Assembly: GCA_977020255.1 (NCBI GenBank) | Contig: CDROCS010000564.1 | Location: forward strand, 1 to 64,000 | DNA: 64,000 bases | Direction: 5' to 3' | Source of the DNA: Obrimoposthia wandeli | Lineage: Eukaryota | Shown here: positions 46,095 to 60,343 of the stretch, one piece after another | Layout of the letters: the number at the start of each line of letters is the position of its first letter | How positions within the stretch are numbered: position 1 is the first letter of the stretch | Notes under the pieces: model-generated | What the model was told of the DNA's origin: nothing | The model's input: only the letters and a program-made list of their open reading frames with translations | Databases searched by the model: none | Made by a program: the position numbers and the translations under genes

Positions 46095-48856
46095 GTATTA
46101 ATAATCACATCCATACACACAAAACTATATTGATTTGATGTGTGTGTTTCTGTCGTAAGTCTGCAGTTTATAAAGGGCAGTCACAGTCGAGGGAGAACGA
46201 CCGAACTAACGCTCGAGGATCCGCAGGAGACAGCGAGATCACTTGATGACGGCAAATGTCAGATGGAAAGAAATCCGGGCAGTTTGATCCGACGTTACGG
46301 GATACTTTCAGTGGCAGGGTGTTAGAGAGGGATGGAAGAGAAGTGGGCATTAGAGAGGCGGCCGATGCTGCTGTCCAAAATGTCATATGCGACGGTCCGC
46401 TCTGCAGCATCCGCGCATTGATGATGGAGGAGGATGACAAATGTGATCCGTGGAGGTTGGCAGAACGCTACCAGTTGGATCCGGATAGTTCCAGAGGGCT
46501 GCCCGAGAGAGAGAGAAACATGTCAACATCTATTTGACTTCCATATTCATCTATAAATGTTGAATCAGCTCCTCGAATAAAAAATTCGTTCTTATTTTTT
46601 CAACTTTCTGTTTAAGATATTGAAAGTTTGCTTTTTGAATATATTATAAATAATACTTAATTTCCTTCTTTCTATTGTCACAGGATTTACTAAAGTAATA
46701 AATTAAGCCTTCTTTATGAAGCTGACTTTGTAATTGAAATATTGATTCACTTCTTCATACATATTCTTATCCGAATCTTAAAACATTTCTAAATCTTCAT
46801 CATCGCCCAGTATTTCTAGGCTATCTTTCATCATTGATAATTGTTTTTGATATGAATGCATTTATAATGATCTAGATATTTACCGCTAATATGATCATAG
46901 TCTTTAACCATTTTATTGTTTAAACCACCCCAAAAGTAACAATTAGTATTATAATGAAACTTGATTCTATTACAATTTATTAAATTTATTTAAGTATTCA
47001 TATAATCATACCAAAATCATCAACTTCATCATTTACCAAGTTTGTTAATTTATTTAGACACTTTGTAGAAAAATCGAGATCGTAAAAACTATAGTATCTA
47101 ATTTTGTTATCTGCAGTATTTTAAATAGGACTCCAACAGAAATCGGCTTTTGTACGTGTTTAAATCTAACAACATGCCCTAATATCGACTCGAACCTGGT
47201 GTATTCTTCAAAAGGTGGAGAAACATACTTTTGAAATTGAAGACTGAATTAGATTGAATATCTTTATTTTCATCTCACATAATCGATATTTGAAACTTGA
47301 CATTGTGACTAATGCACATTTTAAAACCTTATTTATAACATATTGGTATTTTTGTTTACTCTGAAACTGAAACTGCGGAAGTATGGTAATACATTTAAAC
47401 AAAATGTACCTCCGCAGTTTTCTTTATTTAATTTAATTCTAAAATACAACTTACATTGCAACAATTAGTAAATAAATAAGTTTTGGATTTTTCTAATGTC
47501 AAAATATAATTCAGATTTAAATGAATGGGGACTTCAACTTTGGTTAATATCTTTGAGGCACTCTACTGATTTTAAAACAAAAAAGGCATGACATACTTAT
47601 TTTTAAAATGAACCATTTTACAAAAATACTTAAAAGCACCGTTCAGAAAACGGATCCTATAAATTTTGATTAACGTCTAGACTAAAAGTTTTACATTCTT
47701 TGATAATTGCTTTCTTTAACTATTCGATAGAGTTAGTATTTATATAATTATTAAAGAATATTCTTACAAGTAACCCCTAAACGTTTTCAACTACATATAA
47801 GTCAGGACACAACGCTGACGAGTTCAAATATCGAATATTGCGACCATTTAAACAGAGTAAAGATGAATTAGAAACATGCAGTCATGCATTGTTGTGTTGA
47901 TAAACAGGAAATTCATCAAATAATGAAACAACTAACGTCAGAACCATTTCTCACTCAAAACCTATTCAAAGACTGTTACTTTACGCAAATCATTCCTGTA
48001 GTATTAGTAACGATCAGAAGCATGAAAACAACAAAAAGGTTTTTTAACCTTGTTTTAGAGTAAATTTAGATAATTCCAACATTTCTTACAATTTTTTTTA
48101 GTCAATTTTGATACAGATTGTATTTTACTTCTTTGAATTTATCTATAATTTCTAATACTTGATATACTTGATATACTAATAGCTCCATCAATTTTCATCC
48201 TCGTATAATTGAGACTTCTTACCAGCCGTTTTGTCATTTCACTTATTGTTGGATTTCTACTAGTATTTTTCGTTGATTGTCCATTTTTACGAAGAAGTGT
48301 TAAAATAATTTTGTACAATATTTGTGCATTATCAACTTGATTTTATCTTAAATAATGAAAGTCATATTTTTAAAATTTTTCTTTGATAGATAACTATGTT
48401 TTTCGTGTGGCATAAATAGCCATATAATAACCTAAACAGATAATTTTACAACAAATTATCTGCATAAAAATTCCAAATGCCTTAAAGTCATTAATTTAAC
48501 TATATTTGATCCTATAATTTATGTAAAGGATGTAAATAAATTGTTATTACTAAGTTCCCATTTTAATTCTTCAGGGATTTTAAATATTTTTTTATTTTTT
48601 TACGGTTAGATTGGTATAGTAAAGCTTAAAAAACTATACATGATGCACCAAAATTGATTTCCAAGATACTAAAAGCAATAAAATAGTTTTAGTGTGTTTT
48701 GTTTGTAGTAAGGACTGTACGTTAATAAAGCTAGAAATATCGTATCCCATAGGTGCATTTCCAGTTGGAGAAAAACAAAACAAATGAGACTGATGTCACT
48801 CTATTGACTCATAATCCGTGTCTCTTTGCTGCTCGTTTGGGACCTGACGGCGGCTC

Positions 48857-49114
48857 CTAGAAACTTGCCCGCTTACCCCACAGCATGTCCTGCCAGGCGG
48901 CCCCGCGCTTGTGGCTCATTCGCATTGGCATGTGGAATCTGTCTCTAGATGCTGTGGCCGAAGCGGCTCTGACCCGGTCACTGGGCCACTCGCTGTAGGC
49001 GTCACGTTCCTCAGCTGCATCTGTCCTAGGAGCTGCTTCTAACAGCAGCAGGAGCAGCACAGTTGTACTGGCGGCCATACACAGTGCTGAACTCAACCGA
49101 TTTATCTGGGTCAT
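48857..49114 (-). CDS. Neuropeptide precursor (Wamide/MIP-like), predicted mature peptide GAAWQDMLW-amide
   Basis: Hydrophobic signal (MAASTTVLLLLLLEAAPRTDA) and a peptide flanked by KR and GKR (amidation). GC-rich island in AT-rich DNA; upstream TGACGT plus TATAAAT at ~49233-49250 on the minus strand. Confidence 0.75.
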   Translation of the reverse strand: MTQINRLSSALCMAASTTVLLLLLLEAAPRTDAAEERDAYSEWPSDRVRAASATASRDRFHMPMRMSHKRGAAWQDMLWGKRASF

Positions 49115-49772
49115 GACTATCTGCGTAGAGAAGCTCAGCTGAGACCCACATATGCTTGATTGTTTATTTACATCATTTATGATCGGTAATTAAAGCATAA
49201 ATATCCAATCCATTTGAGCGAAGCATACATGTGATTTATAATACACGTCATTGATAATTATGACAACACATTTTTTCCTTGATTAAATTAGAGTGGGATT
49301 TTATACTGATTCCAAATATGCTAAACAAAACATTCCAGTAGGTAAAAATTAAAATATCCAATTTCAAAAAATTATACATTTATTACCTAATTCATGTTTG
49401 AAGTTACATAAAATATACAATAAGTAGAGAAATACGAACTTAAAGGTAAAATTAAATTTTTTTTGTATTGACATTAATTTATTGATTTACGAATGTCTCT
49501 TTTGTAGGATGCTTCCGAGCAATATTAGTATAAAAACATAATCTCTGCAGCACTTCCCAATTCACTCTTTTTGAATATCATTTCTCTATTTGCGGCAATT
49601 TGCTGATGAAACAGTTTACCATCCTCATTACCTAAATCACCTAAATTTACTGAAATAAATCTTAATAACTATGAAAATTGCAGTTTTAATGATATTTTAA
49701 ATCCAAAATTTACTTCATCAAGTCCACATTTATGTGTAGAGGTAAAATCATAGTACGCCATTCTGATGACAA

Positions 49773-50298
49773 ATGGCGTACTATGGATGATATAATAGCC
49801 ACTGATGACTACTCCCAACAGGGTCTTGGGTTTGCAAACTACATGGCGCATATTCTACATTGGCCATATGCAATAAATTATATGAGTCCCAGGTTGAGAA
49901 AGAATTGTTATAAATTGGTAAAAGAGCAAGCAAATTTGTGGAAATGGAATAAGATAAAAGACCCAGAGCTGTGGGCCACAGATGCCACAAAAGAATCAGT
50001 TGCAGTAGTTAGCCTCAAGCCTCAGCGGATCATCACCTTAGTGTTGAAAATTCCCACAGCTAATATTTACATTCAGGAAGGTAAGGCGCTACTTTGGGCT
50101 TGCTGGAGATCCAGGACAGGAGGTACCATTCTTTGCGACAATATTAGGTTGCAGCTAATATTAGTTAGGAATCATTTGAAACGACCAATCTATCAAATAT
50201 ATAGATTTCATGCAACACACCTTATAATAATGAAGAAGTATTTTAATTTTGTTCAGGAAAAGAGAAACAAAATAATTAACGAAAAGCAGCCAAACTGA
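49773..50298 (+). pseudogene. Rearranged reverse transcriptase (YMDD-like)/RNase H fragment
   Basis: tac(t)atggatgat = YMDD with a 1-nt insertion; thumb-like QQGLGFANYM; RNase H acidic triad WATDAT..IYIQEGKALLWAC..ILCDN. Confidence 0.5.
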
Positions 50299-53200
50299 AG
50301 AAAATACACATAATACCAAAAGAAATACACAATGTTGTTATGATTCGAATACCATTCATTAATAAGGCCGTGGCGAGTTCCCCATCGCAGACAATAATTT
50401 TTCCAAATGATGACGTTGTCTATAACCTCAATACCTCAAATGGTATTTTGAAGTAATAGTGACAAATATGTTGCTGTAAAACTTGATGAAAAGGTAAGTC
50501 CGCGAAGTAGCCACAAAAGATGTCATGCATTCCAGTAAATGATACAGAAAATCTTTTTGTTAAACTAAATTTGAAATGAATATTTGTAGATACCGGAAAA
50601 GACACTGCTTTTCAGCAGTACATAAATCTGTTTAAATTGTGTTAACAAATAATAAATTATTAATATGCATTGTTATATTTTTATTTAATATTGCCTAACC
50701 ATCTGTTATGAAAATAAAATAAATGAAATAAGTTGTTTAATAAATGAATCATTATTATATTTTTATTTTTAAATATTTTTAAAAAAAATTAAATATTTTT
50801 AATAACTTTTAAATTTGATTCATTGATCTAAATTTTCTCATTTTAATTTAGGAATACTATTCGGTTTCCAGTTGAAAACCGGAAAATTTACTGGCAATGC
50901 TTTAAAAGCTTTTCCAAATTATTTCATAACTACTAATATCCCAATTTAATACATTATTAAATAAAACTATTTTTAAAAACTATTAAATTATTTCTCAAAT
51001 TAGCAGAAGTGCTTAAAAAAGATAAATTTCAAATTTCCCTTGGAATTATAAGAATTGCCGGATTGCAGTTATATACGTAAAGAAGTACATATGTTCAAGT
51101 TTTGAAATCCCCATTTTATAACCTGATTTGCTCGGATGGATTTCATATGTATTTAATAATTAACATCGAAAATATTTCATTTTGTTATTTCATGTACATG
51201 TAAAATCATACGATACAATAGTCAGGTTACCTTGAACATTAAATAAAGATACGTTTTCCACCAAACACGTTTATTCGACGAAGATATTAAATTAATAATT
51301 AAATAACAAAATAACAAAATGTAACAAAAAACAAGGTCATGCAGCACATGGAAATATATTGGGGTAACTTTATTATAACTAAATTAATAACACCAAACAT
51401 ATGTAATAAAGTCTATAATTTTTTGGATAAATTTTTGGATCAGCAACATGATTAATAGTCTTCTTATTCAAAACACAACATACTGGATAGGAAGGAAAAT
51501 TTATAATTTAATACATTCTTTTGATCAAAATATGTTTTGTTAGCACTATATCAATGTAACAATCAAAAGGAAAAACCCCGTAAAATTATATTTTATAATT
51601 CAGATAATTTGTAAGTGGATATTCTGGATAGCATGTTACGAATATATTCAACAAATCTAGCATGCATTGATGGTATGTATGTGTTTTTATGATATGCTCG
51701 ATAAGGTTCATTAAATTCTCACATAATATTCAGTTTAGCTGGTACAAATATCCGGTGACTAAATTTCATGAATACAATTGGAAAACGAATCTGGCAAGAG
51801 AACTACATCCAATACTAAGAACTGACACAATCAGTGTTTGTAAAAAAACTACAAAAAACTGCACATTTTGCAATACATTTTATTGCGGCAATCATATAAA
51901 ATAGTTTTTTTTAAAGAAATAAGTAATAATACATCAATTTTTACAATCTTATTTGTTGTTATTTTTATCTATGGTTCAAACTGACTCATAGTTGATGAAT
52001 ATGGAGGGATTTAATCATGAATATTTTAGTGTTTTAACAAAATAAAGTAGATATTAATATTTTGACAAATGTATTGGAAATTATTTCTAAATTTCATTCT
52101 AAACATAAATGTTTAGTTTATAGTATTATTTAATAGCTTTCAAAAATACTTCAAGTAATTCAATAAAATTTCTCTGATAATGAAAGATTGCATATAAAAA
52201 AGGGTGTAATTATTGTGCAAATTAATCCACACAGAAAATATATTGGTTATTAAAGGGGTAGTCATTTAATTTTATTTAACTTTTCAAATTTATGAAGCCT
52301 CATTTTTCTTTAATACAATTCTTTTTTTTACTATTTTAGGCATTTTTATTTTATTATGTTTAAATTTTATAGGCATATTTGCTTGTCATGAAAACAGCCC
52401 CACTTAGTTATTTTTGGTTAATTAAAAAAATAATTTTATAATAAACCTGGTTAAACAAATAAAACTTAATTACATAAATAATTATTTATTCAAACATTAT
52501 TTTCCAACATGAATTATATGCTCAAATTGATCGAATTTAATTGTCACTGGAAGTGAAAACGGATGAATAAGAGAAAAAATATCAGAACTTGTTTCCTTTC
52601 CAGAAACTGAGAAAAATAATTATTTCCCCATGTTTGTTAACCGGATTGGACTTTCAAAAAGGAAATTGATTTTTCTCTTTTATTCGTTGCACTGAAGTGG
52701 TTGAAGTATATATTTCTAATTGAGAATTCAAATACCGTTCCAATAATTTATATTCGAAACATTTTAAGAAGTTGAAGATTCATTTTTTGAAGTAAATTAA
52801 AACTTTATTTTACAACAAATTTCAGCATATGTGAAGAATATTACCTCTCTATTGTCATTTATAACTTTTATTTATGGGATTAAATATAAGAATTTGATAA
52901 AAAATGTTAAAAAATAAGCGACCATTTAATTAACAACAAAAATGAATTCAAGATAAGTCTATTTTTATTTGAGTCATATAAAATATATTCTTTCTTTTCT
53001 CACATAAAGCTCTCTTTCTGAGTTTGAAGGATAAGTAATTATTGAAAATAAATAACGAACACATTCGGTGAGGTAAGAATATTTTCTTGAATTATCACGA
53101 AATTATACAAATGCGAGTTCAGCTTTATCAACAATAGAAATAAAATCTTCTGATTCTCCTTCCAATGTCGTCACTTCGGTTATGTTGTCTTCTTCCTTAA

Positions 53201-56099
53201 GGTCACATCTCAATCTCTGTACTTCTTTGAAGTTGACTGTGTCAAATATTGCATTTATCGGATCAACTTCAGATAAGTTTTGGTTCTTTTAATTTTCATT
53301 TGGCTTTTCAAACGTTCATTATCAGTTTTGGCGATTTATTGGCTAGTTTAAACTTGTTTTTATGCTTATAATAAAGTTCACGATTCAATTCCTGTCTTTT
53401 ACGCAACTCCAGATTAATCATTTGATGTCGCAAATACAATGTCTATGAAAATTTCAAACATCCTTGAAGAATTTAAGTACTTCATCCAATCGTCTCACAA
53501 ATTCTGTAGGGGATATTCCATCACTTTGATAAAGTAATTTAACATTTTTTGTATCTTTCTTACTTGTACAACAGTTTAATCGGCTAATGGCCATTGTAAT
53601 ATAAATTTAAAATATGTATTTTGTATATTTATATGTATGTATGACTCATATATATTCCTATATAGGAAACCCACTTATATTATATTTATATTTATAGGAA
53701 TAAAATATATTATCATATGACGATTAATAGGGTCATCACTGGTAAAATGTATTTCGTTCAGTAAAGACAAAAACACAGCATCCTAAAGATTATGTCAGTT
53801 TAGGTTTTACATATTTACATGTGACTTCTATTTTTCACATACTCACAACATCATAATTTTTTTAAAACAATACAGATACGGTCTATGGTTGTAACACGAT
53901 AGTAAAATAGTATCGAATGCCATATATTGCAAATTTATTTTATTTGTTCAATTTAATTAAATTCTTTTGATTTATCTGCTTATTTTTAACCCTTATACAT
54001 ATAGAGTCATTCAATTTTGCAACATTCAAAAATCACATTATGAAAATTTAAAAGAATCCTAGAAAGTGTTGTCGGAATTACTTTGATTTGCTAGAATCGA
54101 ATTTTTTGTGATAGTGGAGGAACTTGTAAGCTGCAGAAATTCCAAGGACACAAATGGAATGTGATGAAAATATACTATTATAGGGATAATATTCGACGTT
54201 AATCTATTTTTTGTATATGTACATATATTTCTTTTTCAAAATCAGATAAACAGACATGTACAAAATTTACACAAGCTTAACGTTTTCTAAGAAGTAAGAA
54301 TTATATTATCATTCACATACAATAAATCATCATTTCGGGATTATGCTTACAAAAAATGTGAGGAATAATTTTAGAAGTAAAAACTTCTGAGTTAAATGAA
54401 TTTGGGAAAAAATATGATAAATTTAATTGATACATTTTAATACATTTAAGAGATAAAACAGAATACAATTACAATTAAATATTAAATATAACACTAATGT
54501 ACACTAATATGAAAATGTACAATTTCTTACTCTAAAGCACTTCCTGTTTTTCAAGGTAGATATTAACATTCGTAATGTTTTCTGAATAGTAAAGTCTTCA
54601 GCTGCTTCCTTTAATTTTCAACATTGTTACAGTTTCTTATATTCATCGTTAGATTGTTGTAAAGATTCAGAATATACATTTCAAATATACCATTACTGTT
54701 TGTTATTTCAGAATTTCTTAACCAATCTTCCATTATCGTCGTTGCTCCTAAGAGCGCGCTGCAACACGTCCTCCCTGCAACCAACTCTTGGAGATCATAT
54801 ATATACATATTTGAGCTTTTGTTAGAGAAAACATTTTTTGATAAAAGTAGAATCTGGAATTTAATTCTAGCATTGATCGTTAGCTAACGAAGCTTCATTA
54901 AATATTGACTTGTATCAACACTTTTCTTTGATTAGATAATTCTGTGTGGTTTGTTGCATTATTTTGCAAACGATATAATTGATAAACTAAAATAGAAAAT
55001 AATTTTGAAAATCAAGTCTTAATGTATAATTCATATGCGTTAGCATTGTAGTTATCTCAGTCTTAAGGTATTTTCTGATTACGTAACGTTTTTTATAGAA
55101 CTGTCATATGTTTCTATTACTTTATTAATTGGTCAATTCTTTGATTTTTTTATCAAAGCAATCAATGTTCTTTATTTATCTTTTAAAATTAATACATTTA
55201 TCACTGACATGTATAAAAAGTAATTTTTCTTCACTACAGTTTATAAATAATATAGATTCAGTTATATTTTAATTCATCTTCAAATGTCATTTTTCCCATC
55301 CATATTAGCTATTTAACTAATTAGATTTTTTTATTTCAAAATCAAAATTAACAGAAAGTTGTGTGTCATCGGCATAAAGATGGAAACTGATATTAAATTT
55401 CTTAATAATCGTTACAATTGACATAGTATACATTCAAAATAGAATTGAACAAAAAATCTAACACTAAGAAACACCGCATTTTAAATACTCAGTATCTAAA
55501 ACAGTGTCCTCAATAATAACAGTTTTTTGCGCAAATGCAAATAAATTTTAAATCAGTTTAGCTTTTTTTCTTTGATTTTAATATATTTCAAACCTTTAAA
55601 TATTATTTCATGATTAACTGTGTCAAATGTTGCAGATAGATCTAGAAGTATCATGGTTTAATTAAGAGATTACTACTTTTAGAATAAGTTTGACTGTAAC
55701 AGGAATAATATGAGTTGGTTTTAGCATAATCTGTATATAAATACATTATAAAAGCCTCAGTTATTACAACAATAGTTATGACACGAAGATTTTTCCTATG
55801 TACAAAATTACCTTTCATATAGGGTTGACAGAATAGTTTTGACTGAATCTCAGTATACTACAAAGAAAACTACTGATGCAATAAAAAATGATGATGAAAT
55901 TATACATGATTACAAAATGTTGATAAATGTTACGAAAAGTAAGGTATTTCCTTATTACATACCGTTTTATATATAGATTTTGCAGGTTCTTATCCCTTTA
56001 TTCAAAATAATCACTGTAATTATCAATTATCATGACTTGCATTTATTTGTGATGCTAGTTTCCAAGAAGTTGCATATCTGTTTACTTCTATATAAGCTA

Positions 56100-56265
56100 G
56101 AATTTACAAATCCAAATCTCCACAAGAAGCTCTTCCAGAACGATTAGTATCTTTCACAGAAAAATTTCCATCTTTGAATTCATTCATTCGTCTGCGGCCT
56201 GTTCTTTTTGGCTTTAAGGCTTCACAAACACCCGTAGTAGTTGCTGATGCATTTAAACCCCACCC
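56100..56265 (-). pseudogene. Mariner transposase N-terminal HTH remnant
   Basis: NASATT..RRMNEFKDGNFSVKDTNRSGRA, cf. mariner NA.EA..RWF..FK.GDFS..D..RSGRP. Confidence 0.6.
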
Positions 56266-59200
56266 CAGCAATAATAAATTAATTTAGCTTAACCTCTTCC
56301 TTTAACTTTTTGTTTTATGATAATAATCAATGTAGATAATTTATTAAAAATCGGGAAAAACTCATCTGACAACCCTATATGAAATTATCTATAAAATACA
56401 TTTTACTTTGAGAAAATAATTTCTTTCTATCAATAATGAAATTGTCAAAAATTGCATATATAATTTTATACATAATTCCATTATGTTACTGGCTATTAAA
56501 ATGTTTTCTAATAATCTACATTATAATAGTTAAATTCAGATAATCTTAAACTGTCAGTTTTAATATTCAAGGAGCATTCGTAACCTCAGTGAATTTCAGT
56601 TAATGGTTTGGTCACATTGTATTGAGTTGATTTAAACGTAGTAGGATGTTGATTTCAATTTTTTCTTCAATATATGAATAGAAGCCTTCGCGTCATTTAA
56701 ATTTCAATGTTTTTAGATATATATAGCTTCCATAGATTGGTTTGTTAATTTACTATTGGAACTTACAAGAAAACAATATCAATAGTTAATCTGTCAATTG
56801 TTGACCCCTTAAAATATTTCATTGTATTCGTTTAAATGTATATTTCTTACGCAACTTCATGACCAAATTTTACTCATTACACAATAAAATACAGTGAAAA
56901 ATCACAAATATTTTTTTCCTATTTTATTTTTACACACGATTTATTAATACCTATTGTTATTTTCAATCCAATTCTTGTGGTTGATGATTATCAGCTAGGG
57001 TTTGAATATTTAAATAATCATCAATTTTAATAAATTCTATATCTTTACGCGAAGATAAGTTATATTCGAAAACCCAGCTTTGAACAACTATGAACGAAAA
57101 AGGATCAATTTTGGAGATAAATGGTATCTTCGATTTGGCTGTCACCAGGATAATTACCTATTATACACATTGATCATACACATATAAAATAAAAAACTGT
57201 TTTATTATAAAACATTAGTATTATTTTTTTGCAATACATAGAAAATTTCTGGTACCCGTTAAGAAACCCCGGTTTAAAATTTAAAATTTAAAATTCCAAA
57301 TTTCAAACAATACACAATAAAATTAAGTGCAACCTTTCCAAAGGTTTGGATCTTAAATACGATGCTATCTCTTTTAAGCGTCCCAATGTTAAAAATTTTC
57401 AAGAATTTTTAAATCTGCCGTTTCTAAAAAAAGTATTTAGTTCAAAGTAACAATAAATCTTTTAAAATGAATATCGAATTATTGTAAACATTTAATTAAC
57501 TGAATTGCACACAAATAATGCCCTTAGATAAATTAAGAGGACCCAGGCTTCACACATTTATTAAATGTTAGAGACCTTAAATCAATATGACACCGATACA
57601 TTTTAAATATAAAATTAGAATATTCAAATCAAAATTAAGTAAAACTGAATCGGATATCGAGGACCAAGGTAATTTTATAGCATAGATTATACATTTAGTT
57701 TTTTATGTTATAAGTGACATAGAAGATGATAATGAAGTTGAAGAAAACGATACGTATAACCCAATTAAATAAAACACCATGAATCCTCTTATCATTGGCC
57801 CCATGCTTAAATTGTTTTTGAGTTAAAGGCATTTAATTTTTTTGCATTACTTAAAAGATTGTATATTTATAATCGGTTGCTGAAATGACTACTCTAAGTT
57901 CAAAAACAAAAGAAACTGAAAACAAAGAATATACAAAGGCCGATTTTGGTTGCACATATCAAATTAATCGCTGTTTCTCATGTAACCCATTTCCCTTTGA
58001 CATTTATCGGGTTTCTTTAAATCTTTAGACACAATTCATACGTTTTATACTCGCTCAGATATCCTGAATTCGAAGACACTTTCAGAAAGAGACTCGAAAA
58101 TAATTTATTTACAATCTGACTACATTTTTGACAAATTTCGGATTTAAATTTCAAAAACAATGCAGTAAAAGTAGAAAACGAAAATAAGCCCTGATTTAGT
58201 GAGAAACCATATATATAGTTTTTACCCTTACTTTCGCTTTACAAATGCATTCAAAAAATGTATAAAACAATTAAAAATTACATTTTCGAACCTTTTTGGC
58301 AATTTTGTAAAGCTGGATAAAAACTTGTTAAAGTGATCATTTCGGAAAAGAAATTCCTTTGTGGTCGGAGATTTATATTCATGTACTTTTTTAACCTAAA
58401 CCTGGTTAATTGTTGTAAGTATAAATGATTACTTTTTACCTTTTTGACTAAATTACAATCATCCATGTACAAATATCCTAAAATTTCTCAAACTCCTCAG
58501 AAGTCTGGGTCACATTGCCAAATTCACGATTCCTCAATTTCTGCAGTATGGCAGTTTAATTGACTTGAAAACTGAGAGTTCAGAGATGTATATTACCAAA
58601 TGTTTATCGTCTGATAATGTATCCTAATATGCTGTCTCCGCTTGTCCCGTTATGGGAATAAAGTCATTCCCCAGTAAATCAAATTATTGAGTGCTTTTGA
58701 TTGCTTTAATGGAGAAGAGGAGTAATGATGGAACTGTATATCCATTGAAAATTCAACTGTGAAAAAATGTTTTTAAATTATTTTAAATTATTTTACTTGC
58801 ATTTAAATCCATTTTTAATAAGTAATTAATGCCTCGAAAACATTGAAACTAAGTAATTTAAAGTTGTAATGATAATACGGTTTTGGAATTATTAGATTAT
58901 TTATGAATTTAATTTGTTTCTATACGAATTTCCATAAAGAAATAGCAAATCTCGGATTTTATTCTTTTAACTTTCGAAATACCCGTTTAGACGTGACAAA
59001 CAATTTCGCTAAAAGAAGTTACAAATGGAGAAATTTAATCTGTCCATGTTGAAAACGTTTCGTTTTACTAAGAAAAAATATCTCAGCGCAAAAAAAAATA
59101 CTATTTTCGTATTATAAATTATTTTGTTTGGGGGGAGCATTATAATTGATTTTTATTATGAAATACTGGTCATGGATTATTTACGGATGACAATAATACA

Positions 59201-59479
59201 CACTACACTATCTACATTTCCACTAAAACTGGTTTTGTTATCGTCTCCCAACACACCAAAGACCTCAAACTCAATATTATCTCATCCACTAATGCAATCA
59301 TATTGTTCATCACAAACATTACACTCAGAAAATTCATCAAAATCCTTTATCATACCTTCACTTTGCCAATCCATAATACATTTTCATAACTATCATATTT
59401 AAAGTTATCATTAAATCATAATAAAGCTATTACACGATATGTAAGAAACTCTTAATGCTGCTATAACTAGTTATTACCT

Positions 59480-60343
59480 ATCAATTTTGTAAAAGCCAAT
59501 TCGCTGAATAACAGATTGTTTCACAAATTTTGTGAAGTGGATGATTTTAAAGACCTACTACTACATATGGAAATGAAATTGCTATCCAAAGCAATTTGTC
59601 TAAATAGACTAGCGAGTTAGTGGCAGGCTGTGATGGTTCTTAAAGTTCCATTCTGAATTGGTTAAACGTAACTGTAAAAACAATCAACAAAACCACGGAA
59701 AATATTGAGTTATCTCAATAATGATAAAATTAAATAACAAAAATACTTTTTCTGAGCAATATTTTTAAAATTGTAAATGAATTATATTTACAACTCCAAG
59801 GAATAAAGTTGGATCTGGTCAACTGTTCACAAAAGATTAAAGGTTTCATCAACAAACTGAACTACTGGGGAAAATGTTCAAAATGTAATCTATCTAATTT
59901 TTAAAAAAATAGCCTTAAACTGTATCATTGATTGTATCAAACATTTGGATAGAGATTTTGAACTGAGATTTCAATAAATTATCAATACAACTTATCCTTC
60001 TTAATTTGAAGATGATATGAATCCCGATATAGCTCAGGAACTTGTAGATTGAAAGGAAAAGTCAAAGTTAGTAAGAAGAAACTAAAATGAAGGCATATTT
60101 GGAATTATTGAAATAAAATTAATTAATACATTGGTTTATGAATTAGTTAAAGCAAGCATCATGTTTTTTCCAACTACTTGGCTAGTAGAAGCGAGATTTT
60201 CCATGGCAGCCGATATATTCACAAATACACGGAAAAAAATAAATATAAAAAAGCGGGAAAATCTATAATTGAGACTAAACAAGGTTATTAATATTGACTG
60301 TTCATGTTTGTGCAATAAGCATCAACATCAAGAAAGTAATTGA
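59480..60343 (+). pseudogene. hAT (Buster/ZBED5-like) transposase remnant
   Basis: INFVKANSLNNRLFHKFC..LLLHMEMKLLSK; IFKIVNELYLQLQG..IKGFINKL.YW; FPTTWLVEARFS..TRKKI..LRL..HQHQESN*. Confidence 0.8.

Noticed and set aside
53380-53620. Possible LINE endonuclease remnant (LYQSDGISPTEFVRRLDEVL)
   Set aside because: The similarity is too weak to support a call.
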